A DNA stretch of 63,858 nt, filler included, from Trichosphaerium sp. ATCC 40318 (taxonomy: Eukaryota > Protista > Tubulinea): the NCBI GenBank assembly GCA_038496445.1. It is 3 parts of 3 records of this genome, joined end to end, with 100 filler letters (N's around TTAATTAATTAA, not from the genome) between each part and the next. Parts side by side here need not be neighbours in the genome. Positions count along the whole stretch, not along the records: positions 27,641 to 53,916 come from JALMLS010000398.1; positions 54,017 to 63,858 come from JALMLS010000170.1; 1 more part is not named here. One strand, 5' to 3'. The position numbers and the translations under genes are program-made. Below are positions 52,901 through 63,858 of this stretch, piece by piece (positions within the stretch are counted from its first letter, which is position 1; every line of letters begins with the position of its first letter). Below the pieces are notes generated by a model. The model was not told where the DNA came from. It did not search any database and saw nothing but the letters and a program-made list of their open reading frames with translations.

Positions 52901-53916
52901 GTGAGCGTGAAAAAAACAAAAAATAAAAGTAGCACACAGTGAAGAGCTGGTGTGACTATCCTCCTCATCCCTTTCTTCGCGGTTGGAAAGCTTGCTAGGT
53001 TCTGAAAAGTCACTTTCAGAAGTGGAACCATCCTCCTCCTCCTTTTCTTTACGCGTATTGTAGAACACACGCTCAGTGTTATTGTAGTTCTTGTTTCTTC
53101 CAGGGTTGTAAATGTTTTCCCTGACCTCGCAGCCATCACTTGAAGATTCACATCTTGTTAGATAGTTAATCAGAGAAAAAGGACAAGCATAAGAAAGAAA
53201 ACAAAAAGTTGTAGCTTCATAATGACAACAAAGTCCAAACCAACAAACGTACTTGTTGTCATCTAGCATAAAGTCTTCGTCATGTGACGCCTGTCCAGAT
53301 GCGCTGTTGTACTCGGAGTCATCGTCGTAGCCACCACCACTGAGTTCGTCGGTTTCTTCACGTTGGCTTTCCTCGCCATCACAGTCGTCACCATTGTGTT
53401 CGTCAGCCTCTTCACGTTGCCTTTCCTCGCCGTCACAGTCGCCAACACCCTCTTCGCGCTGGCCTTCCTCGCCATCACAGTCGCCACCATTGTGTTCGTC
53501 AGCCTCTTCACGTTGGCTTTCCTCGCCATCACAGTCGTCACCATTGTGTTCGTCAGCCTCTTCACGTTGGCTTTCCTCGCCATCACAGTCGTCACCATTG
53601 TGTTCGTCAGCCTCTTCACGTTGCCTTTCCTCGCCATCACAGTCGTCACCATTGTGTTCGTCAGCCTCTTCGCGCTGGCCTTCCTCGCCATCACAGTCGC
53701 CACCATTGTGTTCGTCAGCCTCTTCACGTTGGCTTTCCTCGCCATCACAGTCGTCACCATTGTGTTCGTCAGCCTCTTCACGTTGGCTTTCCTCGCCATC
53801 ACAGTCGTCACCATTGTGTTCGTCAGCCTCTTCACGTTGGCTTTCCTCGCCATCACATTTGCCGCCATCGTGTTGGTCACCATATTCACGTTGGCTTCCC
53901 TCACCATCGCATTTGT
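49901..53916 (-). CDS. Large acidic-repeat hypothetical protein, mirror copy
   Basis: Reverse complement of 27643-31658. Confidence 0.55.
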
Positions 53917-54016
53917 NNNNNNNNNNNNNNNNNNNNNNNNNNNNNNNNNNNNNNNNNNNNTTAATTAATTAANNNNNNNNNNNNNNNNNNNNNNNNNNNN
54001 NNNNNNNNNNNNNNNN
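53917..54016. other. Artificial contig linker
   Basis: N-run with TTAATTAATTAA. Confidence 0.97.
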
Positions 54017-56940
54017 CATAGATATCACACTTTTCACCTGTGGTTCGACTTGGGGTTTATTACGAACACAATATTTCCAAATCAAGAGTCCAGCAACAAC
54101 AAACAGGAGTAGAACAGCTGTAAGGCATACAATAGCGATCACTAGAATTATGGTGAGATGTAACATAAGATATCTTGTCGTACCAACACGTGATGACTCT
54201 GAGAGGCTCTCATCTCCAGATGAAGCGATAGTAGGAGCAATTGGTACTGAATTTGGAAATGTTGTTGGAGTTGTAGGTGATAACGTTGTTGGAGGAGTAG
54301 TTGTAGGTGATAATGTTGTTGGTGGAGCAGTTGTAGGTATGAGAGGGAAAACAGGACTGAAACAGTTTGGATCAGGTTCGTAAAGACACTCTGGATTGTA
54401 GAATGTTTGACCTGGAGCTTCAGGAATTTGAAATGGAGCTAAGTGCCAACTTGAAACATTTGAGTTGTATATCATACATGTTGGTGTTTGTTCTTCACAT
54501 ATCTAGAGAGGTATGGTTTGTAAAAGTATAAAGTATATTAACGTACATCTGACAGGTTCACAGCTTTGCATCCAGGAAACTTAGTAGCAAGGTTAAGCGA
54601 AGAATTGTTTATAGTGTTTGTATCGCAATGTTCCAAAGTATAAAGTCCTCCTTCTTCACAACCAAACGCAGGAGATCCGGGAACTCTTTTTTCAATAACA
54701 CAGCTACCAGTTGAAATATCACAGTATGAAACGTTACATATATCGGCAGAAGAACAAGGAATGTCACATGTTGTTTCTATTGAGTCATGGCACTCAAGCT
54801 GACTGTTATTATAAAAACATTCGTTTGGGGCTTTGTGATATATTAGTAGCTAAGGTACGACGTTAAATACTTACAACCTTGACAATCATGAAGAGGTTCC
54901 GAAAATAATGCAAAATCAGAATCACATAAAGAATGTGATCCACCTATTAACAAAGTTGTCAAGAACTTCACAAACAAAGAAATAAATGTAACGTACATTG
55001 TATACTTGGTTCCTTTATGTTTGGGAATATATCATTTTGTGGAAAATAACATCCTTCGTCTGGACTACGGCATTTGTTTGATGTACATATATTTGCATCA
55101 TTGCAATCGGCATTATCACATGTGCACTCTTGTTTACATGTACATTCTGCGTTGCATGTCGAGCCACACAAACTTCGTACTTCTAAATTAGAGTTGTTAT
55201 TGTACTTAGAAGGAGTTTATGGACAGCCGGTTAACCTCTTTGGTACCGGACCTCGCCCACCTCTAAGTATGCTTTCTTTAATAGTGTCAACTTGCCTTGA
55301 CATATTTGAGGTTTAATAATAGGTAACACACGTGTTGATAGAAGTGTAGAGTCTGTGATGTTGATGGTATTTGGAAGTGGTAGAAGATTGTAGTCTGTTG
55401 TTGATCCAATCGAAATTGAGTGAATTGTAAACCCCTATTTGTGTTCTCAATAAAACATAGTTCGTCTAGTTTTTGATACCTGAGATTCAAGAGTTTTTAT
55501 GATATTGTTGTTTGGGTCAAAACGTCCACATTTGGGACCATGGTATTGATTGACAATCATCACTTTTTTATTTCTTCCTTTTCTTCCATAATTATCAAAA
55601 TGATCACGTGCAACTGAAAGACCTTTTGAATTTCCTTGTTAATTTTATGCACCAAAGGGAAAACAAAGTGTATTGGAACCTGTTGTGATATCGTGGCATC
55701 CACCTATTGAGTTTATCATTCGAGTATCATTGAGTTGCCTAAGAAAATGTGCTTTTGTATGACTTCCCAAAGGCAATACAACTTGAGCTGCGTCTCGATA
55801 CAATGTGATACCAGTACGATATCCATACTCTCCAAGTTTCAGTGGAGTTATCACATCAATAATAAACTGAAAGTACAAGTCCCAGTTTAAGTACGAACAA
55901 CACTCCGCGAACGATGATCTATTAAAGAGCCCATAACCATCAGGTCGTTGAGAACACTCAGATGCTTGTATTTGAGTTATTAGTATAAAACTAACTGACT
56001 GGACTGTATAAGCATACCTCCATCACAAGTTTCATTACGTAAAACATTTTCAAAGGTGTCAACAACTACAAAGAGTAAACACAATGCGACCGCCTAATGT
56101 ATGTAACCAATAACTCACCAAACATTAAATCTGTTGTATCAACACAAAGAGCATCACTACAATTTGCAATTATTGGCATATTGAATCCAACATACTCTAA
56201 CATATCAATAATTATGCCATCAGAGAATACAATCCTGTATAAACTTGATCAACATCACAAAGAACAATAGTTGCTTTACCTGGCAAATGCATTTGTTCTT
56301 TCAACAACGTATACTTCTACAACATCTAACAAGGTGCCAAATAGCGCTGGAGGAGGTCTTCGAAAACGAGTCCTTTAGATAATAAGAATAGAAGTTGTCA
56401 CACTTTGTACGTGTTCAACATCTGGAATACTGGTGAGATTCCTCTATGTTTTATAATAACACCATGTGTTTCCTCACTCTCGATCCATAGTGATATATCG
56501 AAAGGGCTCTCTGTCAGGACTACATCAGGTTTTATGCGTGTGAGACACTCACTTTCACAGGCTGTATGTTGTTCTATCGCATTCTAGTACTATTAAAATT
56601 GAAGTTGGAAAAGTGCTTACCGACGAAGATTCCCAGATATCCAAAATGTGCTTTATAGGGCTTCTCCTACTGAAATATGCACGTGCATATATGGGAACAG
56701 TGCCAGCTGTAAGCGAACTAACTCCAAAAGAGCCAAACTGCACCGGCTGTAGATCCGTTAGACTTGAGTGTCAGATACTTTTAAAAACCACTTACAATTC
56801 TTGAATTGTTTCCATACATGACAGCTTCCCATGCTGTCTCAAAATACGATATACCTTCCGACGACTGTGCTACGACAATAAGAGTCGCAAAGATAAATAG
56901 CAACAAATTCCTTGATTTAACTATTCTGTGTTTAACTCCG
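54017..56940 (-). CDS. Cys-rich type-I membrane protein, multi-exon; start approximate, 3' end cut by contig edge
   Basis: Signal-like RNLLLFIFATLIVVAQS. Cys repeats CNDANICTSNKC and CSSADICNVSYCDISTGSC (resemble Dictyostelium CTDC-type repeats). P/T stalk, TM helix AIVCLTAVLLLFVVAGLLIW followed by KYCVRNK. Confidence 0.7.
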
Positions 56941-57263
56941 CCACAAAATTAATAATATTATCACGTGGGGTATGAAAACTACGTGCCTACGACATGCATA
57001 GTAATTAGAAAATGAAACGATTTCTTCACAACAATTAGCCTACGATGCTATTGCTGTGTGGAAATAATAATCACGTGACGCTCTCGTTTCTCCGAAGAGT
57101 TCGGGCCTGTGCTGAAGTGTAGCTTAAGTTAAGCGTCTATTTTCTGAAAAGACCTTAAAGACATGCTTTTGTTGTCTCCGAAGACCGGACCACGACTTGC
57201 TGCCCACGTGGCATTTTCTTTTTTGAAAAAACACAAGTAACTCAAACGTGGTCCTCCTGTATT

Positions 57264-57953
57264 ATGACCTCTTCTCCCTCGAAATCGGTACAAAATCACG
57301 TGTACATTCCTTTGGTTATGACCAACGATATTTAGACGGAAAAACCAAGAGATGAACAATGTTGTCTCTTAGATTACCTGCCAACTGAAATTATGCTTGA
57401 TATCATTGAAATAGATGTTGAAGTGTATTTAAAGTGGCCAATGTTATCCAAACAAACAGCGATGACAACAAGATTTGATGGAGATATCGAAAAACACGGC
57501 AAATGGCTTAAGTATTTGATTTTTCAAGAAACAAAAGTGGTTGTTGAACAAATACACTGGAACCATGGTGAAAAAGAAGGAGAGTACAAGAGTTGGCATT
57601 CAAATGGTAGGTTATGGGAACAGGTTAATTATGTGAATGGTAAGCGAGAAGGAGAGCACAAGAATTGGAACTATAATGGTAGTATATATGAGCATGTTAA
57701 CTATGTGGAAGATATAATAGAAGGAGAATACAAGTGTTGGTATAAAGGCAAGTTGTGGAAAAAGTGCAACTATGTAAAGGGCAAAAAAGAAGGAGAGTAC
57801 AAGAGTTGGCATGATAATGGACAATTAGAGAAACAGTGTAACTATGTAAATGATAAAAAAGAAGGAGAGTACAAGATTTGGCATGATGATGGGCAATTAC
57901 AGAAGCAATGTAAGTATGTTAATGGCAATCTTCAAGTTTTAGGTGTGGTGTGA
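57264..57953 (+). CDS. F-box-like + MORN-variant (YwqK-like) repeat protein
   Basis: Short exon MTSSPSKS, a GT-AG intron, then TEKPRDEQCCLLDYLPTEIMLDII (F-box-like). ~5 repeats of EGEYKSWHxNGxL-x3-NYVxGK. Confidence 0.8.
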
Positions 57954-58561
57954 AGACGGAATATTACACGAATGACAGTTTTTGAAGGATTGTAAGCCAC
58001 TTTAACAGTAAACAAGATAATAAATGACTTTTATTTTAACACATGTTACTTGTCATGTTCAACATCATCAGCTACTTTCACAACAAACATGTCTTTTTTT
58101 TTTCTGCATATCTGAATACCATTCTCATCACTGCTTATTTGCTGTGGGCTTTGTTATCAACACATGCACTGTGGCCACAGTTTCCACTATCACATCATCC
58201 ACTACTCAAAATGATTCTTCTGGATACTACTCCAATGGCAATGCTTATTGCAACTTTCTCATTTGTCTATCTAGTTTTGTTTTTCTAAAAACGTCAATCA
58301 AATAAAAACTACTTTATTGTTATCAACTGTAACTAATCCAAGAGGTAGTTAATTGTCTGGTAAATCAAATTTTGTTCAAAAAAAGTTATCACGTGATTTT
58401 TGAAACCTGCTACAATACACCGTACAAGTAAGGCAATCATTTCGCTTTACAATGTTATTTAGAACACGCTTGCATTGGTCAAGACTGTTCAATTCAATTG
58501 TTAGTTAACATCACATCGCGACTAAAACAAGTTCACGTGGGTGACTACAAATTAACGCTAC

Positions 58562-58939
58562 ATGGAAAAAGGAAGAAACGAACCGAATAAAAAGACAAAC
58601 AATGCTAACCCAAGCCATTGGTGTTCAGGCAACCTCATCTCACTTCCAGTTGAAATTATCGTTCGCATCTTGAAATGCGGCACATTTACTCTGAGATCAG
58701 CCCAAACCTGTCGTTTGATGCGAGATATCGTCCACGTGCACGTTGGATATAATAATATTTACATATCAAACGAAGATGAACTGCTCCTGCTTTCTGGTAG
58801 CCCTTTACTTCAAAACACAAAAATTTGGTTAAACCACCAAATTTTTCCAACTCCTGAGGTATTTGATAGTTTATTGCCTATGCTTTCAGGAGTACATACA
58901 ATGAGTCTTGCATATTGTACAAATATCTCTATCGACTGA
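58562..58939 (+). pseudogene. Truncated F-box/LRR paralogue of 26134-27261
   Basis: LISLPVEIIVRIL...AQTCRLM, HVHVGY, LSGSPLLQNTKI and LSGVHTMSL align by eye with ORF 26134. Stops after the first LRR. Confidence 0.7.
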
Positions 58940-58979
58940 ATAACAACACAAATAGGTAGCTGGTTATTTCTTACATATA

Positions 58980-61900
58980 CCCACTACCCCCACACAAGCG
59001 ACTACACACAAGGAGTACAAGCGGGCGGAATTTTGGACAATTTTTTGCCCAAATTTGAGCAGCATCCGCAGCCTTTTTTTGTGTTCACAGAAAGAGGAAG
59101 TTTATTTTCGGACATTGCTGCTGTGTCCAAACACTTTCCAAAATTGTTACCCATGTACAAAGGGTATCAATATCTTGTAAAACAAACAAAAAATAAAAAA
59201 TGCCATCATTTTCAGTCCGTCTTTGTTAGTTAATTACCTAAAAATACCAATTATTTCGCATTGCAAAAGACAACCATTAGATAGATATCATAGAGTGAGG
59301 TGTAAAAGCGTCTTGTACCAGTTATGGCATTCAGTGTCAGTGCCACTGTTGCATTGGTAGGAGGCAATATCCACTGCATGTTCTAAGAGATACTACAAGG
59401 CAGAATGCTATTTCATTGCCAATATGGTATCAATGTCAACCTTGAACGCCTTGTTAGCTTTCTCTTTAAATCTCTTTTTCTTACCTGATACTAAGTCGTC
59501 TTCTCCATAATCTGGGTCACTGCCTGGAGCTAGCCCAGTGAGAGCCAAAAGATATATGATATTCCATGTCAATCCCAAATGACCAAAGAGAGAGGTACCA
59601 TTCAGTAGTTGAAAGAAGTGTTCATGTGGTAGTTTAGAAAGCAATCAACACAGTAAAACGTTGGAACTCTTAAAGAATAGACAGTTTTTTTCACACAAAC
59701 AAGTTTACGCTGTATCATACATCCTTTGCAATACCTAATCTTGGTGAATACTGTTAATAAATAGCCGGCATAGTACCTTCTTATTTTTCGTTGATTGCAA
59801 ACCTTGCATTTGGCAACTTGTGAGTTTAATAGCTTGTCAGAAAAGCGAGACTTTGTAATTGAGTGCAAACTATGAGTTTTTGCTACTCGCTGACGTTTTT
59901 TTGCCCGTCCACTTTGTTTTTCTAATTTTCTTTTGTTTGATTGTTTGGCTTGATGAATGTGATCACTTGTGCGTGATTTCATTTGATTGCTTTGGATGTC
60001 TGAAATTGGTTTCATTTTAGACCGAGTATGTAAACATCTATCATTGTAAGCTTGAGGTTTAGGAGTTTTTGCAGTTGTGGGTTTTCTCAGCCGAATACAT
60101 ATGGGTTTGTGGTTTGATTCCATTAAAGAAGTTGCGACCATTTCCATGTACTTTGCATATGTTATTGTGCTATGTTTGTTGAGCATTGTGTACCAACAAA
60201 AAGAGGATGCCATAAACAAATCACTAAACAACATTAACTGTGGTGTTAACAAAATATGTTACAAGTAGGCTGTCAACAATGCTGTGGTCCACCGAGTGTT
60301 TTTGGTATTATGAATCCTTCTGTACTTCAATACACTGTGTATAAAATCAGTATTAATAACTACAACTTATGCGTACAATCTATTAAATACATCACAAGCA
60401 TTTTTCAATTCTGAATACAGCTTCACGGGTTCAGGCTTATGTATCACCTGTTGTTTTGACTTGATAGTTTCTGTCACAGAAACAGATTTAGTAGGATCTC
60501 CAATGTTTGATAGATAAGAGACATGAGATTTAACATCTTTGAATATACCAGCACAGACTGGAGAATCTTGTTCCAATGTGTTGGCGTCATATACCCACAC
60601 ATGTGTTCCAACCTTTTTGTTGGGTAGCAACTAGCAATCAATTAGATGTGGACATGGAATTTTTGTACTTTTTTCAGGTGAGAAATCATGTCCGCTGCTT
60701 TAGTCGAATTCATAACTCCAACAAATTTAAAGTTGTTAGATGCTTGCTTTGCCATAGCTGGTGTAGTGTAGTATGAATCAGTTGCTATGGTAATTTTATT
60801 GTTGGGATACTTCTTCAATATAGTAGTAGCAATAAAGTGAGCCATGTGTGACGGAGGCAAAGTGCTTCCTCCAAATCGTACTTCAAGCATCCATGGCCAA
60901 ACATCTTTACCATTCTTTTTAAATCATTAAAAAAGGCTTTATGAGGTAACGTACTTTAAAACAGAATTCAAAAACCCAAAATCCTTCCTTTACAGGTTTG
61001 CGTGAACAATAACATCTAAACCACACCTCTATGGCCATTTAAATGATGCCTTGATAGTGTTGACATACTTGCTCCTGGTAGTACTGATTCATCTAGGCAA
61101 CCAATACTTCCAGGTAAAAACGACTGTTGTATAACACTATTCAGCAACCTGTAATATTTTTGTAAATACACAGAAGATATCAAACCAAATTACAATACCG
61201 TTGAACTTTTAAGGGATGGTAATCTATCTGAGAGGTGATTTCTTCCCATTGCTCCAATGTACAACTATTTTTAATGGCTACCAAACTAAATAATGTACAA
61301 AATGAACTCATTTGTACCTTCATTTCCATATAATGAGAACTTTTTCCAATAATTTGGTAGCTTATGGTGTGGCGCTAGTTTCATTCCTAATAGCGCTCCA
61401 AAATAGTACCTAACTAGATCTATTGACCAACTACCGGCACATGTCCATTTATGGTGATTTTTTTGTTTTTTGGCTTTGATGTATCCCGGAATATCAATTT
61501 TAGAAAGCAAGGTAGAATATGAAACAGAAGCACAGCTTTGGGTTATTTTATCAAGCCGCTGTTTTGTCTTGGGTACTGTATTTTGATACCAAGATGTGTT
61601 TTTAATATCTATAAACCATTTAATGTAATACAGGGTATTGGCTTTACCTGGATACAGTTTCAACGCTTCAAGTTGCTTTTTGTAATTGTGCTTCAAAATA
61701 TCTTGTTTTTTCAGCTTGTTGTAGATGTTTTTGGAATCAGCACCCAACGTTTTAAACCCTACAAAAGAGTGAGTTGATTGCAATAAACTACATAAGCTGT
61801 CAAACTGTCAAACCTATTGATGAGTCCGCTAATACCATGTTAAACAAAGGTGAAAGCCATGTTGTTATTGCATCTTGAACTGTTGGTGGTTTTTTGTGGT

Positions 61901-63858
61901 TCCATATTGCAAACTGTTTTCCTTCATCAATACCAAGCACATTATCTGCAGATGTATGCTTTAAATGTGGTGCATTTATACCAGGCTCCCAGTTCTAAAC
62001 AAGTTAGTGCCTTCATTAACTGGTAGAAAAGTACCCCGTCAGTAATGTACTTTTGTGTTTTCCAGTGTGCAATTGCTGTCTTGTATCCTTGTAATGTTTT
62101 TGCATCACAGTCCCATAGCCTACAATGTTTGTTTTCACCATCAACACTAATTTCTACTTCTACAACCCACTTTCGCTGTCCTACTTTCTTTTCTTTCTTG
62201 GTGATAGTTCGTTTGTCTGTTACTTTAAGTATTGTTACCGTTTTACCCAAAATGTCATCCTTTGCCAATATTCTATCGGAAGGTAGCTTACAATTAGATA
62301 CCATTAAAATGTTACATGAATCTTCGTCACTGAATTCATTCGAATCAATTGGATGTACATCATATGGGCTAAATTCATCACTACTATCTTCAATACACAC
62401 AACGTCACTACTTAGGTTAACTATTTGCCACAAAATGTAATTCACAATACCTGACACTGTTTGAGCTGTAGTTTTCATAGATGGAGGGCGGAGTTGGTGG
62501 TTTGTAAGGCTTTGTGTTAAATACTTGATGTGGTTCTCCTTTATAAACAACCTCACAAACACGCCAAAAATCAGGGTTGGTGCCATGTGATGCAGAGCTA
62601 TCCCCTTTCAAGCGTTAATCATAGGTAGTAGAAAAATGGCTTACAAGGATTGGAGCGACAAGATTTTTCTGGTTGGTAACAGTCAATGAACCACCAAATA
62701 CCATTTACATTCACATATGTAGTGTAGTGCTTTGGGTTCTTTTGCCACATTAATAAATACGTTGCTTTCCACACTCTAATTTCATTAACACACAGCCTTG
62801 TGTTTGTATGTACCTTCCGTGTAGAATTAATTGTTGAGGCAACCCAAAAAAGTTGGATACCACTGTAGGTGAAGGACACACTGTTATCAGCGCTGGTATT
62901 GTGATGCTCTATCAATGATAAGTTGTAGATAATGACATAGAATTACCATAGCAGTTTTTATTCCACCAGAAGTACATTCTGTACAATGGTTTGACTGTAA
63001 TCTTTGATTCAACCAAGTAGATATTCGCTCTTCTAAATCTCCATAATCAATGAACAGCCTTTCCAGAGATTTGAAACTGTCTTTAAATGTGTGAATACCA
63101 TAAAAGTAATTGTGTTGTACCTTGACATGAGCATTTATTTTCGTAACACTCAATAAAATGAAATGCTGTACACATTTTTCTAGCGTATCTGTGTACTTCT
63201 GTTACACTGCATTCAAAAGCATACTGCCCATTACGCTGCTTACTAAACTGCTTTGCTAGATATGTCTGCTGTTTTGGATTAGTGTAGTAGCAGTGTTCTT
63301 CAAAGAGAGCTATGAGTTTGTTTCGACTTTGTGAAGTATTGTTGTCCGTTAACAAAGTTGGGTGTTGTGGAAATACCTAACTTTGTGCTAAGCAAAACAA
63401 ATGCACATAATTTGATGTTTACATACACAAACTTCATTAACTGAGCACAGCGCAATGTAAACAGCATCCCACGGACAACTATGAGCATCCCACTTGGGTA
63501 AATTAGCTAAGTAACAGTAAGTACAGTACAAGCAGTTTAAAATTGGCTAAAAATGGCCACAACGTTTAATAAACACGTGTTCAACACAGTTCCGAGTAGT
63601 TTTGATACATGTGATACTAAAAAGGATAAACGATTTTGTTATCAGCCAAAGTGACCACAAACTGCAATAAACGTGCGTATAACACGGTTTGTGACTACTT
63701 TTACTTGATTTGAAGTGTAAACTCTACAAAATGTATCACGTGTTTCAAAACTACTCTCAAACACTATGAGATGCAAAGAATGTGTATTACACGGTATTTT
63801 TCAACACTTTTGATTCTAAGTAACCTAATGACTTGTACATACCTATCAGCTGCCCTTG
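58980..63858 (-). mobile_element. Putative large piggyBac-like element (candidate terminus TATA|CCCACTACCCCC at 58980; other end outside window)
   Basis: Transposase gene plus a CCC-starting candidate end next to the truncated F-box/LRR gene. The second TIR and the TSD cannot be verified. Confidence 0.5.
59602..63858 (-). CDS. piggyBac-type (DDD) transposase, multi-exon, with C-terminal Cys-rich domain and N-terminal USP-like protease domain; 5' end outside window
   Basis: LGMKLAP...PNYWK, CLDESVLP (D1), ATDSYYTT (D2), FVGVM, PEPVKLYSELKNACDVFNR (D3), C-terminal CKVC...CKGC...CVDCFLNYH. Upstream WDAHSCPWDAVYIAL and KHYTTYVNVNGIWWFID. Confidence 0.8.

Larger units (their letters stand above)
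27643..53916. repeat. Whole-contig ~26-kb palindrome, centre ~40580-40960
   Basis: Every ORF in 27652-40437 recurs reversed in 41112-53907. Arm identity degrades only at the centre. Confidence 0.97.

Noticed and set aside
62120-62250. Chromodomain-like segment in the piggyBac protein (ILKVTDKR...W)
   Set aside because: Aromatic cage residues and spacing are not convincing by eye.

Overview
AT-rich, intron-dense eukaryotic DNA (short GT-AG introns; protist-like, possibly amoeboid, which is an inference). It consists of three contigs joined by artificial N/TTAATTAATTAA linkers. Contig 1 (1-27540) is a zig-zag of inverted copies of one locus: a Ras-like GTPase, a secreted/GPI-type tandem LamG protein, a hypothetical gene, a MORN-variant repeat gene and an F-box/LRR gene. 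One copy carries a complete Mutator (MULE) transposon with ~160-bp TIRs and a 9-bp TSD, whose transposase exons are interrupted by three 1-2 kb CAG...CTG non-autonomous elements with 2-bp TSDs. Contig 2 (27641-53916) is a ~26-kb palindrome, probably a fold-back/amplification artefact. Each arm holds a large acidic-repeat orphan gene, a gene that after manual splicing encodes an AlkB-type 2OG-Fe(II) dioxygenase fused to a C-terminal SRA/SAD-like domain, and, tail-to-tail with it, an Argonaute/PIWI lacking three slicer residues (D->A, D->T, H->K). This AlkB-SRA plus slicer-dead Argonaute pair is the best candidate for a new system. Contig 3 (54017-63858) has a Cys-rich type-I membrane protein, an F-box-like/MORN-variant gene, a truncated F-box/LRR gene, and a large intron-containing piggyBac-type transposase apparently fused to an N-terminal USP-like cysteine protease. 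All gene models were spliced and compared to family motifs by eye; no database searches were run.
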